NCBI GenBank assembly: GCA_026397045.1
Contig: JAPLVO010000008.1
Location: forward strand, 20,850 to 84,849
Source of the DNA: Patescibacteria group bacterium
GTDB taxonomy: Bacteria; Patescibacteriota; Saccharimonadia; CAILAD01; BJGX01
Reading direction: 5' to 3'
Length of the DNA: 64,000 nucleotides
Shown here: positions 36,697-45,797 of the stretch, piece by piece
Layout of the letters: each line of letters begins with the position of its first letter
Numbering within the stretch: the first letter of the stretch is position 1
Made by a program: the position numbers and the translations under genes
Notes under the pieces: generated by a model
Seen by the model: only the letters and a program-made list of their open reading frames with translations
Database searches by the model: none
What the model was told of the DNA's origin: nothing

Positions 36697-37784
36697 TCTT
36701 GATTAACTCGAATAGGTACTAAGCTATCTGCGATTTTAGTACTGCAACGGTGGGCCAAGCCTAACTCAGCAATAGCCAAAATTGTATCAGCGTATTCTAA
36801 TCCGCCATTAAGGCTACAGGCCCTGGTAAAATACCCTCCTCCAAGCCCGGGAGCTAGGTTTGCTTCTAAAAAGTATATCTTTCCTGCACTGTCCATCCTC
36901 AAGTCTATTCTGCCGTAATCGCGACCGCCAAGGACCCTAAACATTGTTAGCGATAAAGCAGCTATCCTCGCCCTGAGTATTGGATCAACAACTTTTACGA
37001 CTCGCTCGGTGTCTTCCTTTTTGACATCGTGGCACAGTATTCTGTCGCCTTTGGCATTTTTATCGGTGAGTATCTCTATAGGCATTGCTGATGCTTCTGC
37101 ACCAAACCCTAGGATAGCTACGCTGTATTCTCTTCCCTGCAGGAACGATTCAACTAAGGCTCTTGTGCCAAACACATTAAAGATAGATTCTACTTTACTG
37201 CTAAAATCATCAAAATTATGCGCTACAGAAAGCTCATCTATGCCCTTACTGCCACCCGATGATATGGGCTTAATGAAAAGAGGGTAAAGTATATCAAGAT
37301 TATCGTTAGGCCCATACTCGCCAGGGATAGCTGTGAAATGGGCAGATGTTGGCAGCCCAGCATCTGCTATTGCTTGCTTGGCCAAGACCTTGTCATTATT
37401 AATATCCATCGCAGTCATGTTCGAGCCTGTGTATCTAATACCTTTTTGATCCAGAAACTCAGATAGCCAAACTACTCTTCCCTCCGGCCCGCCATCTAGG
37501 TCAAGCTTAAGCTTTGAAGCTCCCAGAAAAACTAAATCGGGCGATAGATCGGCTAGAGTGTCTAGGTCCTTAAGAGTATTAATTATGCTTATACCTACTT
37601 TAGAATATCTTTTTGTTAGAACAGCGAATACTTTATCTTGCGTAGATTTACTCATGCCTCCCGCACCAGCCCTATCGGTTCGTACTATTTGAATGTGTTT
37701 TGAAATTTTGGTCATTTTAATTACTTTAGCACTAGCCATATTAAGAAATGTTTTAATTAGATAATAATAATTATTTCTTGTCAA
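36693..37784 (-). CDS. ddl: D-alanine--D-alanine ligase family ATP-grasp enzyme
   Basis: RIDLRMDSAGKIYFLEANLAPGLG ... YADTILAIAELGL. The start is probably an internal Met. Confidence 0.65.
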   Translation of the reverse strand: MTRNNYYYLIKTFLNMASAKVIKMTKISKHIQIVRTDRAGAGGMSKSTQDKVFAVLTKRYSKVGISIINTLKDLDTLADLSPDLVFLGASKLKLDLDGGPEGRVVWLSEFLDQKGIRYTGSNMTAMDINNDKVLAKQAIADAGLPTSAHFTAIPGEYGPNDNLDILYPLFIKPISSGGSKGIDELSVAHNFDDFSSKVESIFNVFGTRALVESFLQGREYSVAILGFGAEASAMPIEILTDKNAKGDRILCHDVKKEDTERVVKVVDPILRARIAALSLTMFRVLGGRDYGRIDLRMDSAGKIYFLEANLAPGLGGGYFTRACSLNGGLEYADTILAIAELGLAHRCSTKIADSLVPIRVNQD

Positions 37785-37997
37785 TTATAACAGGTTAGGA
37801 GCTGGCTGGCTAGCTATATAGTGCTAGGGTGACATACAAATAATAATGTATTTGTAATAAATCGTAAAATCAGGTATAATATTGGAGTTCTTAGATACTA
37901 TGCTGCTACGGCTCTAATGGATCAGGTTATTAAATAAGTTCTGGGTGCAGCTAAACAGCCGACAAGCTGGGATTCACCAGAGAGATAAGAAGGAACT

Positions 37998-38255
37998 ATG
38001 GCAAAGAATCTATTTGTTGGTTCACTCCCATGGAGTGTAAACGACGAGCAGCTTGCTCAAATTTTTGCAGAGGCCGGTACAGTTGATTCAGCTCGTGTTA
38101 TCACAGAGCGAGACAGCGGCCGATCTAAGGGTTTCGGATTTGTGGAAATGGCTTCAGACGATGAAGCTAAAAAAGCAGTCGAAATGCTAAATGGCAAAGA
38201 AATTGAAGGACGAGCTATCACCGTGAATGAAGCTCGACCACGCGAAGAAAGATAA
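37998..38255 (+). CDS. RRM-type RNA-binding protein
   Basis: RNP-2 LFVGSL and RNP-1 KGFGFVEM. 85 aa. Confidence 0.85.
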   Translation: MAKNLFVGSLPWSVNDEQLAQIFAEAGTVDSARVITERDSGRSKGFGFVEMASDDEAKKAVEMLNGKEIEGRAITVNEARPREER

Positions 38256-38273
38256 TATATCTTTCATACCACT

Positions 38274-38297
38274 AAACCCCGCTTAGGCGGGGTTTTT
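38274..38297 (+). terminator. rho-independent terminator
   Basis: AAACCCCGC-TTAG-GCGGGGTTTTT. Confidence 0.7.
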
Positions 38298-38382
38298 GGT
38301 TATGCTTGCGTAATAATTAGTATGGTTTTATAATACAGCGGATCATCAGATTGGTGATAGCGTTTGGATATTGGGAGTGCAC

Positions 38383-38526
38383 ATGCCTTGGAAAAACTGT
38401 GAGAAGTGTAGTGGTAGTGGTGTCTGCGGGGGGTGTGGCGGCAGAAACACTTGGGGATCTCGCTCATGCTCGACATGCGGTGGGGATGGTAAATGCAAGG
38501 ATTGCAAAGGGAAGAAGGGTGCTTAA
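38383..38526 (+). CDS. 47-aa Cys-rich zinc-ribbon peptide (four CxxC; DnaJ-type CxxCxGxG repeats)
   Basis: MPWKNCEKCSGSGVCGGCGGRNTWGSRSCSTCGGDGKCKDCKGKKGA. GGGAG RBS 6 nt upstream. Not in the supplied ORF track, which lists a different frame. Confidence 0.5.
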   Translation: MPWKNCEKCSGSGVCGGCGGRNTWGSRSCSTCGGDGKCKDCKGKKGA

Positions 38527-38579
38527 TATTTATAACTTAGTCCCCAGCGAGCTTAGGCTTGCTGGGGACTCAGTCCTTT

Positions 38580-39953
38580 CTAGGCCCTGCTTACTAGGCT
38601 ACCAATGGGTGTATCAGATAGTATCAAGCTAAAATTATCAGTCAAATGTTTTCTTATTGAGTCGGAAAGTGCAAAATTTTTATCTTTTCTGGCACTATCA
38701 TAGCTGTCTATCAGCTCGAGTATTGTATCGTGGAGTGGATCGTCAAATACTAGCTGAAGCCCAAATACATCATCGACTAAGCGCATAGCTTCTCTGGCGT
38801 CTAAAGTATAAATTTTACCCTCTATAATTTTAAGGGCAGCTAGAGCCCTAGGAGTGTTTAGGTCATCCCTTAGAGCAGAGTTGAACTCTTCTAAGAACTT
38901 ATCAACCGAGCCTGTTTGGTCCATTTCTGATAATTGTCCTACTCTAGCAAGCATCAAATTATCTACATACACCCTTAAGCTCTTCACCCTCTCATGGGCT
39001 GAGTTAATGTCCTCTATGTCTAGGTCCATTCTAGTTCTATAGTGAGCACTCATTACTAAGTACCGATAAGCCATAGGGTGGTTAATATCATTCATTACCA
39101 TGGTATTGCCGAGTGATTTACTCATCTTGGTGGATCCTAGACTCAAATGCTCATTGTGCATATATATGTTGGCTTGCTTACCCCCACACTGGGCAAGCTC
39201 ATTTTCATGATGAGGGAATTTAAGGTCTACTCCACCGGTGTGAATATCGAAGTTATTTGCTAATAACTCCCCGCTCATAGCAGAACACTCGATATGCCAG
39301 CCTGGTCTACCTGGATAAAGACTAGTACCAATCTTAAAATCCCACTGCGGCTCACCTGGCTTACTGGCCTTCCACAGCACAAAATCAGCAACTCCTATTT
39401 TCTGATCTTGATCGTCCGTAACTCTGGGTTTAGCTGTGAAGTCGAGGTTTACAAGCCTACCGTATGTCTTGCCTGTCGCCTGATAATTCTTAATGCTAAA
39501 ATATACACTTCCTGAAGATATATATGCAACCCCTTGCTCTCTTAAATCTAAAATTATCTTCTGCATTGAATCTATAAAGTCGGTAGCTCTGGGTAGATGA
39601 CTTATATCCCCTCTTTTTACCCCTACTTTCTCAATGTCTTCTGTAAATAAGTCCGTGTACTTGTCTGCCAGTCTCCCAAGCGCAGTCATTGGCTCATCAT
39701 CTGGGTAAATTTGCTTTGATTTAGCTATCATCTTGTCGTCAATATCTGTGATATTCATTACCCACTCGACATCATGCTGCTCGACATGCCTTATAACCCT
39801 TTGGAGCAAGTCGGGTAATAAAAAGGCCCTCAGGTTGCCTACATGAACATGGTCGTAGACCGTGGGCCCACAGCTATATATGGTTACCCGATTAGAATTG
39901 ATTGGCTTTAATTCTACTTTGGTATTTGTTAGTGAGTTGTATAGCTTGAGCAT
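38580..39953 (-). CDS. cysS: cysteinyl-tRNA synthetase
   Basis: HIGH-type HVGN, KMSKS, Zn-binding Cys. Confidence 0.9.
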   Translation of the reverse strand: MLKLYNSLTNTKVELKPINSNRVTIYSCGPTVYDHVHVGNLRAFLLPDLLQRVIRHVEQHDVEWVMNITDIDDKMIAKSKQIYPDDEPMTALGRLADKYTDLFTEDIEKVGVKRGDISHLPRATDFIDSMQKIILDLREQGVAYISSGSVYFSIKNYQATGKTYGRLVNLDFTAKPRVTDDQDQKIGVADFVLWKASKPGEPQWDFKIGTSLYPGRPGWHIECSAMSGELLANNFDIHTGGVDLKFPHHENELAQCGGKQANIYMHNEHLSLGSTKMSKSLGNTMVMNDINHPMAYRYLVMSAHYRTRMDLDIEDINSAHERVKSLRVYVDNLMLARVGQLSEMDQTGSVDKFLEEFNSALRDDLNTPRALAALKIIEGKIYTLDAREAMRLVDDVFGLQLVFDDPLHDTILELIDSYDSARKDKNFALSDSIRKHLTDNFSLILSDTPIGSLVSRA

Positions 39954-39955
39954 TA

Positions 39956-40495
39956 TTAACTATTATATACCTTTCTTAATACTTCTGCAGTATGCCTGCA
40001 GTCTTCAAGCGCATCATGCCGCCCTCGCGTTGGCAGTCCAAAATATTCAAATGTAGCTTCACTTCTTATAATATCACCGCGTCCTTTTTTAACCATATGC
40101 ATATATGCCAGGCTCCAAATATCTAAATAATGATAATCGTGCTCATATATATCCTTACCTACCGAATTCAGCATTTTAGAAAGCATGGTGTGGTCTAGCA
40201 TTTCATTCCAGCTTGCTAGATATATTTCTGTTCCAAATTTGCTTAAAAATATCTCAATTACATCCTCCTCCATAGGAGCACTATTTAAAATACCCTGTGT
40301 AATTCCATGTACATCAAATGACTCCTTGGGCATATTTGAAACATCTTGCTTGATGTAGCTTAGGAAACTATCTTTTTCTTTCAGGCTTTGTTTATCTAGC
40401 AGTACTGCCCCAAGCTGGATTGGCAAGGACTTTTTGAGATCCAGTCCGGTGGTTTCGAAGTCGATTAAAAGTATGTCTTTAGAAAAGCCTCGCAT
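39956..40495 (-). CDS. DEDDh 3'-5' exonuclease (DnaQ/oligoribonuclease-like)
   Basis: Exo I LLIDFETTGLD and Exo III HDALEDCRHTAEVL motifs. Confidence 0.7.
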   Translation of the reverse strand: MRGFSKDILLIDFETTGLDLKKSLPIQLGAVLLDKQSLKEKDSFLSYIKQDVSNMPKESFDVHGITQGILNSAPMEEDVIEIFLSKFGTEIYLASWNEMLDHTMLSKMLNSVGKDIYEHDYHYLDIWSLAYMHMVKKGRGDIIRSEATFEYFGLPTRGRHDALEDCRHTAEVLRKVYNS

Positions 40496-40496
40496 C

Positions 40497-41096
40497 CTAA
40501 AAGGCCTGCCTATTGTCTAATGCCCTACTCAATGTCAGCTGATCGGCGTACTCTAAATCCCCACCAATCGGCAATCCATGAGCTAGCTTGCTAATTTTGC
40601 CAGTATAGCCCTGATCTATAAGCTTGCGCGATATGTAAATTGAAGTAGTCTCACCTTCAATATTAGGGTTGGTGGCAAGGATGATTTCTTCGGGCTCTAC
40701 TAACGAGACTCTATCTATAAGACTTTGGATTTCCAAATCATCTGGTCCGATACCGTCAATAGGGCTTATTACGCCATGTAGTATATGATATTGGCCTCTA
40801 AATAAGCCCGTTCTCTCTAGCGCTACTATATCCATTGGGCTAGATACTACAGCTATAAGATCGGCTGTCCTGCTGGTGCTTGAGCATATAGGGCATAAAT
40901 CACCCGAGGCATAATTCTTGCAGGTATGACACCTTTGGAGACCTTTCTTGAGCTCTAGCACTACCCTGCCGAATTGCTCGCTATCACCGTTGGCGAGTAA
41001 ATAAAAAACCATTCGCTCGGCAGACTTTGCGCCAATCGATGGCAACTTAGAAAACTCATCTATTAGATTAGTAATATTATCTGGGAGAATCTGCAT
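40497..41096 (-). CDS. recR: recombination protein RecR
   Basis: HhH, C4 zinc finger CHTC...CPIC, Toprim domain. Confidence 0.9.
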   Translation of the reverse strand: MQILPDNITNLIDEFSKLPSIGAKSAERMVFYLLANGDSEQFGRVVLELKKGLQRCHTCKNYASGDLCPICSSTSRTADLIAVVSSPMDIVALERTGLFRGQYHILHGVISPIDGIGPDDLEIQSLIDRVSLVEPEEIILATNPNIEGETTSIYISRKLIDQGYTGKISKLAHGLPIGGDLEYADQLTLSRALDNRQAF

Positions 41097-41103
41097 GAGT
41101 TTA

Positions 41104-41412
41104 CTACATGCCAGGAAGATTCATGCTACCAGCAATCTCTTGCATTTTCTCTGTAGCCTCACTCATAAGGTCCTTATTTGCCTGGTTAACTGCTGCGATG
41201 ATCAAAGATGACAGCCTTTCAAGGTCTTCACTGGCTTCAGGCTTAATCTCTATACTCTTAATCTCGACATTCATACTGGATTGACTAATCGCTAGGCCAG
41301 CCGTAACTGTGACATCACCTTCGCCTGCCTCTGCCACGATTTGCATTCTTTTGAGCTCTTTTTGTAATTTTAAGGCTTTCTGGGCCAATTTGGCTTTTTC
41401 CATCATCGACAT
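41104..41412 (-). CDS. ybaB: nucleoid-associated protein YbaB/EbfC
   Basis: 102 aa. Classic position upstream of recR. Confidence 0.85.
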   Translation of the reverse strand: MSMMEKAKLAQKALKLQKELKRMQIVAEAGEGDVTVTAGLAISQSSMNVEIKSIEIKPEASEDLERLSSLIIAAVNQANKDLMSEATEKMQEIAGSMNLPGM

Positions 41413-41445
41413 AATATTTCTCCTTTTATTGAAGTTACAACAATA

Positions 41446-42939
41446 CTATTGTATCTGATATAGCCTAGCTTCGCTATATCCAGCCGAAAAAGTACTAACC
41501 AGCTTCCAGCTAGATGGGACCTGATCGTAATAATCATGCTGCCCTGTCTTGCCTATAACCCATACTCTTCCCGACTGGATGTCATTATAAGAGTCTAAGT
41601 AGATGCCCTTATCATATATCAAGCCAGATTCACCATAGCCGTTCGGCCTACCCTGCTTTGTGTATAGAAATATATCTAAGCCAGTTCTGTTGTAATAGCT
41701 ACTATCAAAATAGACATACAATTCTCCGGCGATAAGCTTGTCATCAGGCTTGAAGCTACTCTCAAGGCCACTCATTACGGTGCTCATTTGATGATTAGAC
41801 TGTGAATTAACATTTCTAATTCCAACCAGCTGAGAACTCACCACAATAAATAGTAGTAGTGCTGCTAGGATTTTATTTTTGGCGTTAATCTCAGATATCG
41901 CCAGAGCCAATAGCATGCATAATCCAATGGCCGCAAACACAAAATACCGCTCATGGTAGATTGGCCTAAAGAAAGATATTGAAAGTGCAAATAGTATGGG
42001 GAAAAAGCTAAAGAGTAATATAAGCCTAGAGAAGTGGGCTTTTGTTTTGTCATTTATGGTATGAGCTACTATTACAACAAGCAAAATAACAGGAACTACC
42101 CAGTACAATACTGGCCATAAAGCACGGCCATCGGTAAATGTAGTAAACTGCCATATGGTATCGTTAAGAGTCATGGCTGACGCCCTAGATAACCAGCCAA
42201 GGCCCTGCCCCCTAGTTAGTTGGCTCAGCATATTTGGCACCCATGGCATAAAAAGTATTACTGCCGCAAGATTAGCTAGCCACCATCGCCAATTAGTTAA
42301 TATGGAAATCTTTTTGCTACCTGTTTGCATGAATATAGCCACTACATAAATCCAGAAGCTAATCACTACGAGTGCGGTAAAATAATGCGTATAAAGGCCA
42401 GCCGTGATGCCAGCTACATATATGATATAACCCCTCCAATCTTTTTGATTTTGGGTTATATATATAACACCCAGCATCGCTACAAGCAGAAATACTCCTA
42501 GCACGCCATACATCCTAGCTTCCTGGCTATAGCGAATTAGAAATGGGTTGAGGGCTAAAATAAAGCCTGCCAGCGCAGCTACATTGTGCTTTTTACCTAC
42601 CTTCAACACAATAAAGTAGCCTAACCCTACAACAACCACGCCAAATACAGCACTAAGTGACCGTAAAGCCAGAGCTGAACTGCCAAATAACAAACCCCAA
42701 CCATGCAAGAGCTCGTAATACAGTGGCGGGTGTACATCCCTGGCCGAGCCGAGCCAAACACCGAGCCAATCTTTACTAGAGAGCATAATACTGAATCCTT
42801 CATCGTGCCATATGCTTGATTTAGTAATGCCGAAGGCTCTAGTAACTACAGCTAAAATGATAATTAAGACTAGAACCAATAGCCAATGCCTATTTAGCGT
42901 CTTGGAAAATTTATTAAAACTATTTTTTATACTTACCAC
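41446..42939 (-). CDS. GT-C fold membrane glycosyltransferase (ArnT/PMT_2-like)
   Basis: About 12 TM helices. A DE-containing first periplasmic loop (SIWHDEGFSIM). Confidence 0.5.
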   Translation of the reverse strand: MVSIKNSFNKFSKTLNRHWLLVLVLIIILAVVTRAFGITKSSIWHDEGFSIMLSSKDWLGVWLGSARDVHPPLYYELLHGWGLLFGSSALALRSLSAVFGVVVVGLGYFIVLKVGKKHNVAALAGFILALNPFLIRYSQEARMYGVLGVFLLVAMLGVIYITQNQKDWRGYIIYVAGITAGLYTHYFTALVVISFWIYVVAIFMQTGSKKISILTNWRWWLANLAAVILFMPWVPNMLSQLTRGQGLGWLSRASAMTLNDTIWQFTTFTDGRALWPVLYWVVPVILLVVIVAHTINDKTKAHFSRLILLFSFFPILFALSISFFRPIYHERYFVFAAIGLCMLLALAISEINAKNKILAALLLFIVVSSQLVGIRNVNSQSNHQMSTVMSGLESSFKPDDKLIAGELYVYFDSSYYNRTGLDIFLYTKQGRPNGYGESGLIYDKGIYLDSYNDIQSGRVWVIGKTGQHDYYDQVPSSWKLVSTFSAGYSEARLYQIQ

Positions 42940-43660
42940 GTATCAACTGCCAGCGTATCTTAGCTAAGTCACCGAAGGTTTGTATTGAGGCCTTTATGGG
43001 TGATGTACCGCTAATTTTGCTTCCTTGCTTAATGTCATGCCAATCAGGCACATCGATAATACCAATCGTGTAGCCTTTTTTTCTAGCTATCGCTAGCACC
43101 TCCATATCAAAGCCCCAGCTATCGATCGTCTGTAAGGGGAATATTGATTGTGCCGATTCTTTGGTGAACCCCTTGAAGCCACACTGGGTATCGGCTATAC
43201 CTGGTAGTAGAACCATCTGAACTAACATATTGCCAGCTCCTGAAATTAACTTACGGATACCTTTATGGCTCTTTTGAAGGTCCCTAACGCATATAGCAAG
43301 TTGGCTGCCGGATTGCATTAGGCTAACAGCTTCCTTGATGTATTTGAGGGGTGTCGCTAAATCTGCATCCATAAAAATAATATACTGCCCCTTGGCCTCT
43401 AGCATACCCTTTTTGACTTGCAGGCCTTTAATAAACTTACCTTTAGGCTTCGGGCCAACATCGATGACTTTGATTTTATTAAAAACTTTAGAATGAGCAT
43501 TTACTTCCTTGATGGTGTCATCTGGGCTTCTTGCATCAACCACCAAGACCTCGATATTGAGCTTTTCTTTGCTAGCGTACTTGTGTAGCTGATCTAGTGT
43601 TGGTCCTATCCTGCCCTGCTCATTATAGGTTGGTATTACAATACTTATTAGGTCTTTCAT
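42920..43660 (-). CDS. GT2 polyprenyl-phosphate glycosyltransferase (DPM1/GtrB-like)
   Basis: ISIVIPTYNE, DAD (IIFMDADLATP), QCGFK motifs. Confidence 0.8.
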   Translation of the reverse strand: MKDLISIVIPTYNEQGRIGPTLDQLHKYASKEKLNIEVLVVDARSPDDTIKEVNAHSKVFNKIKVIDVGPKPKGKFIKGLQVKKGMLEAKGQYIIFMDADLATPLKYIKEAVSLMQSGSQLAICVRDLQKSHKGIRKLISGAGNMLVQMVLLPGIADTQCGFKGFTKESAQSIFPLQTIDSWGFDMEVLAIARKKGYTIGIIDVPDWHDIKQGSKISGTSPIKASIQTFGDLAKIRWQLIRGKYKK

Positions 43661-45222
43661 TGATTTATCTCGCAGGCACTAAATAGTAGCTTGCCATTAA
43701 AGTCTGAATAGAAATCCTTGACTGTGGCATTAGGGAATTTTGCCTTAACAATAGCTACCTGTTTATCGTGGTCGGCTCCAGCTGGCACTATTATAAGGAT
43801 ATTTGTAGTATTAGCTATTGGTAGGTCTCTTAGCTGGGCAGTATCCAGTAGACTATACTGAGACTTTTTATGGGTTAGATACTCGATTGTGTTGGCCTCA
43901 TAACCGCCCATAATAACATAATTACTTCGTGCGGGATTATTTGTAGAGATCAAATATTTGGCGATTGCCACTGAGCCCTCATTGTAGGCTTCATAGGTCT
44001 TGGCATCCTGAGCCCACGATACGAAGTATTGCCGATATGCCTGAATCAGGGATAGGGCCATGAGCACACAAACCAAGAATAAGCCTGTGATTCGGGCCAG
44101 CCTATTGATAGGAAAGGTCTGATACCACATATAAAGCAAGTAATTTACTCCCATGCCGGCCATAATTAGAACTGGCACGGCTGTGCCTATGGATCTTAGA
44201 GCGTGAGGCAAACCTTCTGCCGTCAAAAGAGATGGCAATAACATTGATCCAAAAACAACCAGAAGCAATGCATACTTAGGTTTGGCAAAGTTAAATAGGC
44301 ACATGACTAGGCCCAAAATAAACATTATGCCCACGAAAATATTTAGTAGCGGCTGGCCAGAAAAATTATGCCGATTATTACTATCCCCTATGTAATTGTA
44401 TTGCAAAATAGTTTTTGCTGTTCCAGAAAGCAGAGTTTGAATTGGCTGACCATTATTTAAGTTTTTGTTCAAAAAGCTGGTACCACCTGCCCTAGCTGTA
44501 GACCCTCCAGGGTCCTTGATGGTGGTATACAAAAGTGGGCTCATAACTGCCCCAAAAACAGCCATACTAAGAATTAGCTTCTTCCAATTACTCATTAGCC
44601 AGCTTCTTCTAAAGATTAGCATATATATAAAACCTGCGAAGATTGCTGTTAATATCATGGAGAACGCTGTGTATGTATAAAATCCTAAGCCTAGAGATAC
44701 TGCAGCAAGAATATAGTAAATCTTTTTATTAGTCTTATAGGCCTTAGCGCCAAATAGTAATATTAAGGCTATGAATAATGGCACTAGGCTAGCCCTAAAG
44801 CCATCGCGTTGAATTGTCACCACCCACGGATTGATTGCAAAAAAGAAAGCCGTGATCAGCGCTGTTCGGCGATTAAACCACTCTTTAGTGGCAAAGAATA
44901 CCACTATTACGCTAAGAACTCCGAAGAGTGCAGGTGCAACTCTCAGAGCTGTTATTGTATTTCCCATCGCTAGGACAAAAACAGCCTGGAAATAAAAAAA
45001 CAATGCCTCGCGGGGGCCATTAGTATTATAAATAATCCTTAGGTCGCGGTTTTCTAGGATCTTGAATATATCTAGTCCGTTTGCTGCTTCATCTGGATGT
45101 AAACCTGGCGGGAGTGTATTTAGCTGGTAGAATCTAAAAAATATAGCTAATGCGACTATTGCCAGAAGCAAAAACCAGACCATATTTTTCCTTATAAAAA
45201 TGAGTGTTTTGTTATTTTTCAT
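43657..45222 (-). CDS. GT-C fold membrane glycosyltransferase (ArnT/PMT_2-like)
   Basis: LHPDEAANGLD first-loop motif. 13-14 TM helices. 521 aa. Confidence 0.6.
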   Translation of the reverse strand: MKNNKTLIFIRKNMVWFLLLAIVALAIFFRFYQLNTLPPGLHPDEAANGLDIFKILENRDLRIIYNTNGPREALFFYFQAVFVLAMGNTITALRVAPALFGVLSVIVVFFATKEWFNRRTALITAFFFAINPWVVTIQRDGFRASLVPLFIALILLFGAKAYKTNKKIYYILAAVSLGLGFYTYTAFSMILTAIFAGFIYMLIFRRSWLMSNWKKLILSMAVFGAVMSPLLYTTIKDPGGSTARAGGTSFLNKNLNNGQPIQTLLSGTAKTILQYNYIGDSNNRHNFSGQPLLNIFVGIMFILGLVMCLFNFAKPKYALLLVVFGSMLLPSLLTAEGLPHALRSIGTAVPVLIMAGMGVNYLLYMWYQTFPINRLARITGLFLVCVLMALSLIQAYRQYFVSWAQDAKTYEAYNEGSVAIAKYLISTNNPARSNYVIMGGYEANTIEYLTHKKSQYSLLDTAQLRDLPIANTTNILIIVPAGADHDKQVAIVKAKFPNATVKDFYSDFNGKLLFSACEINQ

Positions 45223-45778
45223 TATTAAATATAAAGTACTTATACATTAGATAATTATAAAACAGAACAACTGCTACAGCTGCTAGCAGGGCGGTGTTTC
45301 TAATATCAAACTCTCTAGTAAAGGGTAGCCTTAGGTAGCTAGTGATGCTGTATGCTAGCTGAGCTGGCCAAATCCAGACATCAGTAAAAACAAAAAATAT
45401 TATTGGGCGAATTAAATATAGGCCAGCCGCAGTAATAATAAAAAACAAAACTAACTTAGCAGGAGATAGCTTTTTTGCCTTAAAGGTGAAGTTCTTATTG
45501 AATATGAAGCTATTAATCATTGCTGCAGTTCCAGATATTAACCCAGCCAAGACCACCCCAGTAATATTGTATTGTTTGCCAGCGAGAGTAAAGCTAAATA
45601 TTAAAAGGGTACTGGGTAGTATTGTGGCCGCAAGAATATTTAGCAGGGTAAAATCTACCAGGGTGTTAAGTATGCCAACTAGACCAAATCTACCAACTTG
45701 GGCAGCCTCGGAAAGTTTATTAGAAGGTTTGGATTTAGTGTTACTCATCATATTGCTTATGGATTTATTATAACTCAA
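45212..45778 (-). CDS. GtrA-family flippase-like membrane protein
   Basis: RFGLVGILNTLVDFTLLNIL with 4 TM helices. Confidence 0.6.
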   Translation of the reverse strand: MSYNKSISNMMSNTKSKPSNKLSEAAQVGRFGLVGILNTLVDFTLLNILAATILPSTLLIFSFTLAGKQYNITGVVLAGLISGTAAMINSFIFNKNFTFKAKKLSPAKLVLFFIITAAGLYLIRPIIFFVFTDVWIWPAQLAYSITSYLRLPFTREFDIRNTALLAAVAVVLFYNYLMYKYFIFNNEK

Positions 45779-45797
45779 TCTGTTCGGATATTAAATA

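Noticed and set aside
38351-38632. Track ORF 38351-38632 (+, 93 aa, TTG start).
   Set aside because: Its sequence is low-complexity (VVVVVSAGG) with no RBS. The overlapping 38383-38526 frame has an RBS and a coherent four-CxxC architecture and is preferred.
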